A DNA stretch of 64,000 nt, taken from the NCBI GenBank assembly GCA_017530725.1, contig JAFXMA010000082.1, forward strand, positions 7,994 to 71,993, read 5' to 3'. This document shows, one piece after another, positions 1 to 10,300 of the stretch; within the stretch, counting starts at the first letter, position 1, and every line of letters begins with the position of its first letter. The translations under genes and the position numbers were made by a program. The notes under the pieces were generated by a model, which saw only the letters and a program-made list of their open reading frames with translations, did no database searches and was not told the origin of the DNA. Origin of the DNA: Bacteroidales bacterium. GTDB taxonomy: Bacteria; Bacteroidota; Bacteroidia; Bacteroidales; UBA932.

Positions 1-398
1 TCCTGGAAGGGATCCTGGCCACGCTCCCGAAGTATGCGGATCCCGAGACTGGGATGTGGTACCAGGTCCTGGACTGCCCCGGCAGGGAAGGCAACTACCT
101 GGAAGCCACGTGCTCCGCGATGTTCACCTATGCCTACCTGCGGGCCGCCCGCGAAGGTTATGCCGTGCCCGCGTCCATCGACCCGAAGGCCCTCTACGAG
201 GCCCTGGTGAAGAAGTTCATCCGCGAGGAGAAGGACGGTACCCTGAACCTCACCGACTGCTGCGCCGTCGCTGGCCTCGGTGGCAAGGAAAACCGGAGCG
301 GCACCTTTGATTACTATATCGGCGAAAAGATCATCGAGAACGACCCGAAGGGGGTCGGTCCTTTCATCTGGGCCTCCCTGGAATACGAGAAATTATGA
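1..398 (+). CDS. GH105/GH88-family unsaturated (rhamno)galacturonyl hydrolase, C-terminal part (5' truncated by window)
   Basis: Frame open from position 3 (LEGILATLPKYADPETGMWYQV). Motifs MWYQVLD..GNYLEATCSAMF and C-terminal R.GTFDYY..E..ND.KG.GPFI.ASLE are typical of GH105. Pectin PUL context. Confidence 0.85.
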   Translation, partial: LEGILATLPKYADPETGMWYQVLDCPGREGNYLEATCSAMFTYAYLRAAREGYAVPASIDPKALYEALVKKFIREEKDGTLNLTDCCAVAGLGGKENRSGTFDYYIGEKIIENDPKGVGPFIWASLEYEKL

Positions 399-2236
399 AG
401 CGTTTTCTGACGATACTGGCCCTGGCCAGCCTCCTGGCCTCCTGCGGCGACAAGCCGGAACCGGAGCCGGAGAAGCATGTCCCGTCCACCCCGACGGGTC
501 TCGTCGTGCACAGTGCCACGGACAACGGACTCACCTTCCAGTGGGAAACGGTGCAGTATGCCACGTCCTACACCTGGGAGCTCCAGCAGGCCGGCGCGAA
601 AGTGCAAGAGGGGACCACGAAGAACCGGAATGCCATCCTCACCGGCCTCACGAAGGCCACGGATTACCGCTTCGGCGTGAAATCCGTGAATGAGGACGGC
701 GCCTCCTCCATGGCCTGGATCGACGCCCGCACGACGGGAACCGTGGACCCCGATCCGCCCACCCCTCCGACTCCTTCCATCACCTATGCCGATTTCGCCA
801 TCCCTTCTGTCGAGGAAGACGGCGTCGCGCGTGCTTTCCCCGGCGCCGAGGGCGGCGGCATGTACGTCACCGGCGGCCGCGGCGGCAAGGTGATCCATGT
901 GACGAACCTGAACGACAAGGGTGCCGGCTCGCTCCGGGCCGCCATCGAGGAGAAGGGCGCCCGCACCATCGTCTTCGACGTGGCGGGCATCATTGAGCTC
1001 CAGTCCGCCCTCAAGGTCCAGAACGGGGATGTCACCATCGCCGGCCAGACGGCTCCGGGCGACGGCATCTGCCTGAAGAACTACAACTTCCGCATCCACG
1101 CCAGCAACGTCATCGTCCGTTTCATCCGCTGCCGGATGGGCGACGAGAAGAAGACCGAGGACGATGCGATGAACCTGTATACCGGTGACAACAACCTGCA
1201 GGACGTGATCATCGACCACTGCTCCCTGAGCTGGAGCACGGACGAATGCGGCACCTTCTACGGGATGACGAACTTCTCCCTGCAGTGGTGCATCCTTTCC
1301 GAGAGCCTCAGGAATTCCGTCCACGGCAAGGGAAAGCACGGTTACGGCGGCATCTGGGGCGGTACGAATGCGACTTACCACCACAACCTGCTGGCGCATC
1401 ACGACAGCCGCAACCCGCGCCTGGACCATGACTACGTGTCCACGCTCAAGGGCCCTGTGAGCCTTGTTAACAACGTCATCTACAACTGGGGCGACAACAG
1501 CACCTACGGCGGCGAGAGCGCGAACGACAACAACGAGTACAAGAAGTACAACATCGTCAACAACTATTACAAGCCGGGTCCCGCCACCGCGGCCGGAAAG
1601 GTCCGTTTCATCGACCCGTGGACCAAGGCCTGCGACAACTGCACCAAGAAGACCGGCTCGACCACCATCGTTCCGGGCCACTTCTACATGGACGGCAACG
1701 TCATGGACGGCTACGACGGGCTGACCGGCGACAACTGGACGGGCACGACCGCCGCGGCCGCGGTCATCGCCAACATCAAGTCCGACGCGAAGTTCTCCTA
1801 CGCGGAGAAGGCGACCTCTCTGTCGCTCCAGAAGGCCACGGACGCCTATACGGCCGTCATGGGATATGCCGGCGCCAGTTTCAAGCGGGACCAGGTCGAT
1901 ACCCGCATCGCCCGGGAGACCAAGAACGGCAATTACACCTATACCGGCTCCAACGGCTCCACGAACGGTTTCATCGACACGCAGGCCGACGTGGGCGGCT
2001 GGCCGACTTACGCCGCCACCGACGACGAAGTGGCGAAGGTGAAGGACACCGACGGAGACGGCATCCCGGACGCCGTCGAGGACGCCTTCGGCCTGGACAA
2101 GGCCTCGGCCGCCGACGGCGCCGCGAAGACCCTGGACAAGAACGGACGCTATACGAACCTGGAAATGTACCTTCACTACCTGGTGAAGGATATCGTCACC
2201 GCCCAGAACCAGGGCGGAAACTACCAGCAACTATAA
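395..2236 (+). CDS. Pectate lyase (PL1, subfamily 2-like) lipoprotein with N-terminal FN3 domain
   Basis: Lipobox LLASC, FN3-like segment, PT linker, then AFPGAEGGG..TGGRGG, IAGQTAPGDG, IDHCSLSWSTDE and HHDSRNPR motifs; C-terminal DTDGDGIPD. Confidence 0.9.
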   Translation: MKRFLTILALASLLASCGDKPEPEPEKHVPSTPTGLVVHSATDNGLTFQWETVQYATSYTWELQQAGAKVQEGTTKNRNAILTGLTKATDYRFGVKSVNEDGASSMAWIDARTTGTVDPDPPTPPTPSITYADFAIPSVEEDGVARAFPGAEGGGMYVTGGRGGKVIHVTNLNDKGAGSLRAAIEEKGARTIVFDVAGIIELQSALKVQNGDVTIAGQTAPGDGICLKNYNFRIHASNVIVRFIRCRMGDEKKTEDDAMNLYTGDNNLQDVIIDHCSLSWSTDECGTFYGMTNFSLQWCILSESLRNSVHGKGKHGYGGIWGGTNATYHHNLLAHHDSRNPRLDHDYVSTLKGPVSLVNNVIYNWGDNSTYGGESANDNNEYKKYNIVNNYYKPGPATAAGKVRFIDPWTKACDNCTKKTGSTTIVPGHFYMDGNVMDGYDGLTGDNWTGTTAAAAVIANIKSDAKFSYAEKATSLSLQKATDAYTAVMGYAGASFKRDQVDTRIARETKNGNYTYTGSNGSTNGFIDTQADVGGWPTYAATDDEVAKVKDTDGDGIPDAVEDAFGLDKASAADGAAKTLDKNGRYTNLEMYLHYLVKDIVTAQNQGGNYQQL

Positions 2237-2269
2237 TCCAATAATCAATAACCATTTAAAACACCAAAC

Positions 2270-5200
2270 ATGAAAAATCCAGCCAAGAAACTCGCACTCG
2301 CGCTGCTGTGCCTGGTTTCGGCGTGGTCCCTGTCCGCCCAGACGACCATCAAGGGCGTCGTGACGGACGAGACCGGTGAACCGCTCATCGGAGCGGGTGT
2401 GGTGGTCGAGGGTACGACCATCGGCACCATCACCGGCATCGACGGCGACTATACCCTGACCGTGCCCGCAGATGCGGTGAACCTGGTGTTCTCCTTCATC
2501 GGACTGAGCGACCAGACGGTCCCCATCGCGGGACAGACGGTCATCAACGTCACGCTGAAGGAAGATTCGACCTTCCTCGACGAGGTGGTCGTCGTCGGTT
2601 ACCAGACGGTCAAGCGCCGCGACCTCCTGGGCGCCGTCGCTTCCGTCGGTTCCGAGAAACTCACCGAGCAGCCGGTTACCACCGTCAGCCAGGCCCTTTC
2701 CGGTAAGATGGCGGGCGTTTCCGTCGTCACGACGGAAGGCGACCCGGACGCCGACATCAAGATCCGCGTCCGTGGCGGCGGCTCCATCACCCAGGACAGC
2801 AGCCCGCTGTACATCGTGGACGGCTTCCCGGTGGAATCCATCAACGACATCCCGTCCTCCGAGATCCAGTCCATCGACGTCCTGAAGGACGCGTTCTCCA
2901 CGGCCATCTACGGTAGCCGCGGTGCGAACGGCGTCGTGATCGTGACGACCAAGAGCGCCGAGAAGGGACAGCGGGTCTCCGTCAAGCTCAATGCGTACTA
3001 CGGCCTCAAGAAGATGGCCAACGCCGATGCGATCGTCGCGATGGACCCGGAGAACTTCGTGAAGTTCCAGTACGAGCTGGGCAAGGTCCGGGACAACCTC
3101 GGCACCAACTACCTACATTACTTCGGTTCGTTCCACGACATGGACCTGTACTCGGGCCTGACCGGGAACGACTGGATCCAGGCGGTGTTCGGAAACATCG
3201 GCAGCACGCTCTCGACGGACTTCTCCGTCTCCGGTGCCGGTGACAACGTGAACTGGACCCTGGGTTATGCCCACATGGGCGACCAGGCCATCATGTCCGG
3301 CTCCAACTACTTCCGTGACAACCTGAATTTCAAGGCCAATTTCAAGACTTCCGACCGGACCAGCATCGACGCGAACGTGCGTTACTCGAACGTGAACGTC
3401 CGCGGCTCCGGTGCCAACGGCATCAACGACACTGGTACCACTTCGGGTAACGGCCGCCTCAAGCATGCCGTCTCCTACACCCCGATCCCGCTCGCATCGG
3501 CCATCGTGGGCGAGGACGAGGAGCAGGATTATGGCGACAACGCGCCGCCGCTCCTTTCCGTCGCTGACAACGACTCCCGCCGCATCCGTACCACCTGGAA
3601 CGCGAACGCGGCCTTCAACTGGGAGATCGTGGACAACCTCCGGCTCAAGGTCGAGGGCGGCCTGGAGAAGTACAACCAGACCGACGACCGTTTCTACGGC
3701 ATGACCACCTACTACGTGGCCAACAATTCCACCGACAAGACCGGCGTCTCCAACCAGCACAAGGAGGCTTTCCGCACCAAATACCGCAACACCAACACGC
3801 TCAACTACGATTTCGCGAACGTGCTGGGCAGCGATCACAACCTGACGATCCTCCTCGGCGAGGAGTTCACCCTCGCCAAGAGCAACCTCCTCACGCTGAT
3901 GGTGGACGGCCTGAACGCGTCCTACGACGCCGAGATGGCCTGGAACTTCCTTTCTTCCGGTAAGCCTGCCTCCACCAACAACTACTACGACCCGGACGAC
4001 AAGCTCCTGTCGTTCTTCGGCCGCGTGAACTACGATTTCAAGCACCGCTATTCCATCGGCGCGACGCTCCGCGCGGATGGTTCCTCGAAGTTCGCGCCCG
4101 GCCACCGCTGGGGTTACTTCCCGTCCGCCGCGGCTTCCTGGACCATCTCCAACGAGCCCTGGATGGACAATGCCCACAGCTGGCTGGACCAGCTGAAGTT
4201 CCGCTACAGCTTCGGTACCGCCGGTAACAACAACATCCCGTCGGGCCAGATCCTCAAGCAGTACGGCGCCACCGTCACCGCCTGGCTGAGCCAGAGCAAC
4301 AACTACTGGATGGCCGGCAAGATCATGAACAACCCCGACCTCACCTGGGAGACCACCATCACGCACAACGTCGGTTTGGACTTCAGCCTGTTCCAGAGCC
4401 GCCTGAGCGGTAGCGTGGAGGTCTATCAGAACACCACGAAGGACCTCCTGATCAACTTCCCGATCACGGGCTCCGGTTACGACAGCCAGTACCGCAACCT
4501 CGGTTCCACCCGGAACCGCGGTGCCGAGCTCACCCTGAACATGCCGCTCGTCTCCAAGAAGGACTTCTCCCTGAACATCGGCGGCAACATCGCCTACAAC
4601 CAGAACCGCGTGACCGACCTGGGCGGCCTGAAATCCATCACCGCGCAGTCCTACTGGGCTTCCACCGAAATCGGTGACGACTACATCGTCGAGGTGGGGC
4701 AGCCTCTCGGCAACATGTACGGCTACGTGTCCGACGGCATGTACTCGGCGGACGACTTCACCTGGAACGGTTCCAAGTGGGTCCTGAACGAGGGCGTCGT
4801 GGACAATTCCGCCGTCATCGGCGCGCAGTATCTCCTCCCGGGCGCCATGAAGCTCAAGGACCTGAACGGGGACGGCAAGGTGACCGTCGCGGACCGCAAG
4901 GTCATCGGCAACGCCACGCCTGATTTCACCGGCGGCTTCAACTTCAGCGGCTACCTGTACGGGTTCGACTTCAGCGCGAACTTCAACTACATGATCGGCA
5001 ACCAGGTGTACAACGCCAACCAGGTGGAGTTCACCTCCTCCCGCAAGTTCTCCAACCGCAACCTCATCAATATGATGGACGTGGACAAGCGCTGGACCAA
5101 CATCGACTGGAACACCGGCGAGATCATCTCCGACGCCGCCACCCTCAAGCAGGTCAATGCGGGCAAGACCATGTGGACCCCGACCATCGGCACGGCCGTC

Positions 5201-5470
5201 TTCAGCGACTGGGCCATCGAGGACGCTTCCTTCCTCCGCCTGCAGAGCGCGACCATCGGTTACACCCTGCCCGAGGAACTCACCAAGAAGGTCCACCTGC
5301 GCCGGGCGCGTGTCTATGTGACCGGAACGAACCTGTTCTGCCTCACGAAATACTCCGGCTACGACCCGGAAGTGGACACCCGCCGCGCCACTCCGCTCAC
5401 TCCGGGCGTGGACTATTCCGCCTATCCGAAGAGCATCGGTTTCGTCGCCGGTGTCAACCTGACCTTCTAA
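2270..5470 (+). CDS. susC: SusC/RagA TonB-dependent outer-membrane transporter
   Basis: Signal peptide, CarboxypepD-like N-domain, plug motif IDVLKDAFSTAIYGSRGANGVVIVTTK, NPDLTWETT, C-terminal GVNLTF. Confidence 0.95.
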   Translation: MKNPAKKLALALLCLVSAWSLSAQTTIKGVVTDETGEPLIGAGVVVEGTTIGTITGIDGDYTLTVPADAVNLVFSFIGLSDQTVPIAGQTVINVTLKEDSTFLDEVVVVGYQTVKRRDLLGAVASVGSEKLTEQPVTTVSQALSGKMAGVSVVTTEGDPDADIKIRVRGGGSITQDSSPLYIVDGFPVESINDIPSSEIQSIDVLKDAFSTAIYGSRGANGVVIVTTKSAEKGQRVSVKLNAYYGLKKMANADAIVAMDPENFVKFQYELGKVRDNLGTNYLHYFGSFHDMDLYSGLTGNDWIQAVFGNIGSTLSTDFSVSGAGDNVNWTLGYAHMGDQAIMSGSNYFRDNLNFKANFKTSDRTSIDANVRYSNVNVRGSGANGINDTGTTSGNGRLKHAVSYTPIPLASAIVGEDEEQDYGDNAPPLLSVADNDSRRIRTTWNANAAFNWEIVDNLRLKVEGGLEKYNQTDDRFYGMTTYYVANNSTDKTGVSNQHKEAFRTKYRNTNTLNYDFANVLGSDHNLTILLGEEFTLAKSNLLTLMVDGLNASYDAEMAWNFLSSGKPASTNNYYDPDDKLLSFFGRVNYDFKHRYSIGATLRADGSSKFAPGHRWGYFPSAAASWTISNEPWMDNAHSWLDQLKFRYSFGTAGNNNIPSGQILKQYGATVTAWLSQSNNYWMAGKIMNNPDLTWETTITHNVGLDFSLFQSRLSGSVEVYQNTTKDLLINFPITGSGYDSQYRNLGSTRNRGAELTLNMPLVSKKDFSLNIGGNIAYNQNRVTDLGGLKSITAQSYWASTEIGDDYIVEVGQPLGNMYGYVSDGMYSADDFTWNGSKWVLNEGVVDNSAVIGAQYLLPGAMKLKDLNGDGKVTVADRKVIGNATPDFTGGFNFSGYLYGFDFSANFNYMIGNQVYNANQVEFTSSRKFSNRNLINMMDVDKRWTNIDWNTGEIISDAATLKQVNAGKTMWTPTIGTAVFSDWAIEDASFLRLQSATIGYTLPEELTKKVHLRRARVYVTGTNLFCLTKYSGYDPEVDTRRATPLTPGVDYSAYPKSIGFVAGVNLTF

Positions 5471-5482
5471 TCCGCCCTGAAT

Positions 5483-7309
5483 ATGAAAAAGATACTTACC
5501 TATATCCTTTCGGCGGCCGTTCTCGTGTCCCTCACCGTCTCCTGCGACAAGATCCTGGACACCGAGTCCCCGTCCGCGTTCGATTCGGCGACCGTCTTCT
5601 CCAACTACTCGCTCACCGAAGGCACGATCTTCGGCATCACCGAGGCCTTCTGCGAGGTGAACTCCTACCGCGGCCGTTTCCTGCCCTGGTACGGTTTCAA
5701 CACCGACGTGGAGTGGTACAACACCTACAAGCCCGGTGACGGCAAGTCCGACATCGCCGCCTACGACTGCCTGCCCAACAACAGCCAGCTGAACCTCTCC
5801 AACGGTCCTTTCCCGCTGATGTACATGGGCATCGAGCGCGCGAACCTCGTGATCGAGGGTTTGCGTGAGTACGGCAAGGTCGACGAGAAGGCCGACATGG
5901 CCTACCTCCTGGGCGAAGCCCTGACGCTCCGCGCCATGATCTACTACGACCTCACCAAGGCCTGGGGCGACGTCCCCGCCCGTTTCGAGTCCCTGACCTC
6001 CGAGACCATCTATGCGCCGAAGGAGAGCCGTGACGTCATCTACAAGCAGATCCTCGCCGACCTGGAAGAGGCCATCCCGTACCTCCCGTATCCGGGCGCC
6101 ACGGCCGCCACTTCCCGCACCGACCGCGTGAACAAGGTGTTCGCCGAGGGCCTGTACGCCCGCATCGCCCTGGCCGCTTCCGGCTACGCCATCCGTCCCG
6201 ACGACGGCAAAGTGGGCACCGGCGACCTGGGCACCGTCCGCCTGTCCTCCGACAGCGAACTGTCCAAGGAAGTCCTCTACCCGAAGGCCCTGACTTTCCT
6301 GAAGGACGCCGTCGGCCATGCCGCCCTGGAGTCCGACCTCCAGAACTACTGGTACAAGTTCAACAACATGGACAACCTCACGGCGGGCCCCGGCTACGAG
6401 ACCCTGTACGTGATCCCGTTCGGCGCCGGCCGCGGCCGCTGGAACTTCACCTTCGCGATCCAGTCCGAGGGTGCGAGCATCTCCAACGGCGTTTCCCGCG
6501 GCGGTGACGCCGGTCCCGTCCCGACGATGTACTTCAAGTACGGGGCGAACGACCAGCGCCGCGACGTCACCTGCGTGAACTACAAGTGGAACAAGGACAA
6601 CACCATCCAGCCCGCCGGCATCAGCAAGTGGTACTTCGGCAAGTACCGCTTCGAGTGGATGGACGCCCAGCCCTACACCGGCGGCAACGACGACGGTATC
6701 AAGCCGGTCGTGATGCGCTACGCCGACATCCTCCTGATGGCAGCCGAGATCGAGAACGAGCTCAACGGTCCCGCCGGCGCGAAGCAGTACCTCCTCCCGG
6801 TGCGTGAGCGCGCCTACAAGGGGCATGAGTCCGAAGCGGAAGCCTATGTCAATGCCATCTCCTCCAAGGAGGACATGTTCCAGGCCATCGTGGACGAGCG
6901 CGCCCTCGAGTTCTGCGGCGAGTTCCTCCGCAAGGCCGACCTCATCCGCTGGAACCTCCTGAAGACCAAGTTGGACGAGGCCATCGACGACATGCTGGCC
7001 CTCCGCGGCCTGGAAGGGGAGTACGCCTCCCTGACCGGCGACATCGCCTGGTCCTATGCCGATGACAACAAGTCCATCGGGATCACCTTCCTCACCGCCG
7101 GCGGCGAAATCCCGGCCGGCAGCGAAATCGAGACCGGCTACGTGGCCAAGTACGACGACGGGAAGAAGAGCGGCTTCTACACGGACCGTATCCGCGGCAT
7201 CTATGTCGTGGAGAATCCGGAGCAGCACATGTTCTGGCCCATCTTCAACGATACGATGACCAACAGCCAGGGCTATATCAAGAACGACTATGGCTATGAC
7301 AACCTCTAG
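5483..7309 (+). CDS. susD: SusD/RagB glycan-binding lipoprotein
   Basis: Lipobox TVSC; GEALTLRA..YYDL..WGDVP, MRYADILLMAAE and ERALEFCGE..RK.DLIRW motifs; directly after susC. Confidence 0.95.
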   Translation: MKKILTYILSAAVLVSLTVSCDKILDTESPSAFDSATVFSNYSLTEGTIFGITEAFCEVNSYRGRFLPWYGFNTDVEWYNTYKPGDGKSDIAAYDCLPNNSQLNLSNGPFPLMYMGIERANLVIEGLREYGKVDEKADMAYLLGEALTLRAMIYYDLTKAWGDVPARFESLTSETIYAPKESRDVIYKQILADLEEAIPYLPYPGATAATSRTDRVNKVFAEGLYARIALAASGYAIRPDDGKVGTGDLGTVRLSSDSELSKEVLYPKALTFLKDAVGHAALESDLQNYWYKFNNMDNLTAGPGYETLYVIPFGAGRGRWNFTFAIQSEGASISNGVSRGGDAGPVPTMYFKYGANDQRRDVTCVNYKWNKDNTIQPAGISKWYFGKYRFEWMDAQPYTGGNDDGIKPVVMRYADILLMAAEIENELNGPAGAKQYLLPVRERAYKGHESEAEAYVNAISSKEDMFQAIVDERALEFCGEFLRKADLIRWNLLKTKLDEAIDDMLALRGLEGEYASLTGDIAWSYADDNKSIGITFLTAGGEIPAGSEIETGYVAKYDDGKKSGFYTDRIRGIYVVENPEQHMFWPIFNDTMTNSQGYIKNDYGYDNL

Positions 7310-7313
7310 AACG

Positions 7314-10300
7314 ATGAACGCCATGAACAAGATCAAATATGCGCTGATCGCCCTCGCCACCCTCGCCGTCGCCGCGTGCTCGACGAAGGAATTCGACGAG
7401 AAGACCGACCTGAACCTGAGCCGCTGCCTGACTCCGTTGGACCTGAATGCCCGCGTAAGCGCCGCGCTCGGTGACGTCGTGACCTTCTCCTGGGCCGTGT
7501 CCAAGGATGCCGAAGCCTACAACCTGCAGGTCTTCACCGATGCGGCGTTGACCCAGTCCTACCTCGCCGAGACCGTCCTCCCGTCCCAGGTTCCCTACCA
7601 GAAGAAACTGGATGCCGACAAGACCTACTGGTTCACCGTCCAGGCCGTCGCGTCCGGGAAGGCCGATTCCAAGATCGCCGTCTACGACAAGTCCTTCAAG
7701 ACTTTCGCCGTGAAGGACAACCTCTTCCTGAAGGTTACCGACCGGACCGCCACCAGCGTGTCCCTGGCGTGGTCCAAGGAAGTGGAGGACTTTGCCGATG
7801 TGGACCGCATCGAATACGGCGCGCCGGGCGCCGATCCCGCCGGGACCGTGACCCTGAGCGCTTCCGACATCGCCGCGGCAGCCGCGACGGTGGACGGCCT
7901 GGATCCCTCCACGGAATACGTGTTCACCCTCTATTTCCTCTCCGCGAGCCGCGGCCAGGTGGATGCCTGGACGACGCCCGACGTGAACGGCACCACGGAG
8001 GTGTCCAGCCTGGACGCCCTCCTGAACGCCGTCAAGACCGCCGGCGCGAAGATCCTCCTCAAGATGGAAGGTTCCCCGTACGACATCGAGTCCCTCGATA
8101 TCTCCAACGGCTTCACCCTCCTCGGTGAGGAGTCCGCCGACGGCACCAAGCCGGTCGTCCAGGGTGAATTCCACTTCGCCGACACCTGGACCCCGGGCGC
8201 CGACCTGTACTTCGAAGGCGTCGAGTTCAACGGCGGTCCCACCGCCACGGCTCCGTCCGGCTTCGGCTTCGCCATCCAGAACAAGAACGGCGGCACGCTG
8301 AAGGACAAGAACATCGGCAACATCACCTACAAGAACTGCGTGATCGCGAACTACACGAAGGGTCTCATCTACGAGTGGGGCAACAACATGGTGCTCGGGA
8401 ACGTGCTGTACGACAGCTGCGACATCCACGACATCAACACCGACGGTACCGTGGGCGGCGACGTCTTCGACATCCGCCAGGCCACGACCGTGGAGAGCCT
8501 CACCTTCGTGAACAACACGATCTGGCAGGGCATGCGTACCTTCGTCCGCTTCGACGCCGGTTCCATCGGCGCCCTCGTGTTCGACAACAACACCCTGCAG
8601 AACCTGAACTTCGTGGACAACGCGAACAACGCGGGCGTGTTCGGCCTCCAGATCACCCCGGGTTCCTTCTCCTTCAAGAACAACTTGTTCCTGAACTTCA
8701 CCGGCAAGGCCGTCCTCGCGGGCGCCAACGCCAAGTATGTCCCGGCGGGCGACATGGGCGTCGCCGCGGCGAACAACTGGTTCTACAACCTGCCGAAGAA
8801 CGACGCCGGTGAACTGACCTACTTCACGGACAACTTCACGCAGGCCCAGGCCGCCGGTACCATTCTGGCTGCCGATCCTTGTTACAACGCCCCGGGCGGT
8901 TTCTTCAACCTCCTCGCCGACAGCGAGATCGCCGACAAGAAGGTGGGCGCGCCCAAGTGGTGGACCCCGTTCGTGGAGGAGCCTGAGGACCTCACGCTGA
9001 ATCTCATCGAGGGCAACAAGACCTGGAACCTCGCGAACGCGAAGTACTTCTCCGGCACCATCAAGAAGCAGATGGTCCGCGACGACCTCTTCATCGGCGC
9101 GGGCGAATCCAACGCCATCGTCGTGGACGGCGGCAAGCTGAACTTCCAGACCGCCGGCGTCACCAACCGCCAGGGCGTCCCGACCCTCAGCTACGTCGCC
9201 TTCAAGGTGGACAAGCCGGGCTCCGTGCTCGTCAAGGCGGCCGATCCGGAGAGCCTGGGCAACCATTTCGTCGTGGGTGTCGGCCCTGTCGACGGCGGCT
9301 CTATCGCCCTCAAGGGTGGCGTTTCCGCGATGGCCGACATGACCACCCCGACCAAGATCCTGGTCACCACCATCACGGAGGAATCCCTCGTGTATGTCTT
9401 CCCGTCCGGCCCCGTCTCCCTCGAGAAGCTGGCCTGGTCTACCGATGTCACTCCGGTCAACACGGCCCTGCCGACGCCGGCACCGACCGCCGATCCCGCC
9501 TCCATCACGGCTGGCGAAGCCGCTGACATCACCATCAGCTGGGAGCCTGTGGAGAACGCCGGCAGTTATTCCGTCGTCTTCAACGGCAAGAGCAACACCG
9601 TGTCCGAAGGTACTGAGTATGTCATTGGCGGTACTACCACCGGCATGCTGGATGCGGGCAGTTACAAGGTGGAGGTCTACGCCAATCCGACCGCGACCGA
9701 TATCTACAACACCGAATCCGCTGCCGGTGTGGCTGCTTTCGCGGTCCTGCCGAAGGGCGGCGGCGGTGAAGGCGACGAATTGGTGGTCAACACCGTCGAT
9801 GCCCTCAAGTCCGCCATCGAGGCCGGCAAGGAAGCCGTCACCCTCGCTCCCGGCGAGTATGACCTGGAGGGCGGCCTGACCATCACGGCCCCGCTGACCC
9901 TGAAGGGCCAGGACGGCGCCGTGGTCAAGGGCGGGTTCAAACTCAGCGGTGCGGTGGGCACCTTCGCGACCGACAACCTGGAGGTCGTCGCCAACGGCGG
10001 TGACATCTTCATCAACCTGGACAATGCCGAGGGCGTGACCGCCGAGAAGATCGACATCCGCAACACGGTCATCGACGGTTTCTCCAAGAGCGTCATCTAT
10101 GCTTCCAACACGGCGGACAAGTTCGACATCGCCGACATTACTTTCTACAATGTCGTCGTGAAGAACCAGGGCACCGGGCAGGGCGTGTTCGATCTCCGCA
10201 ACGGCCGGTACGGCTCCTTCACCCTGGAAGAGTCCACCTGCACGGGCGGACGTGACTTCCTCCGGATCGATGCCCCTTGCGTCATCAATGCGGTCTATGT

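Noticed and set aside
450-780. Short PE/PT repeats in the pectate lyase
   Set aside because: Ordinary low-complexity interdomain linkers.
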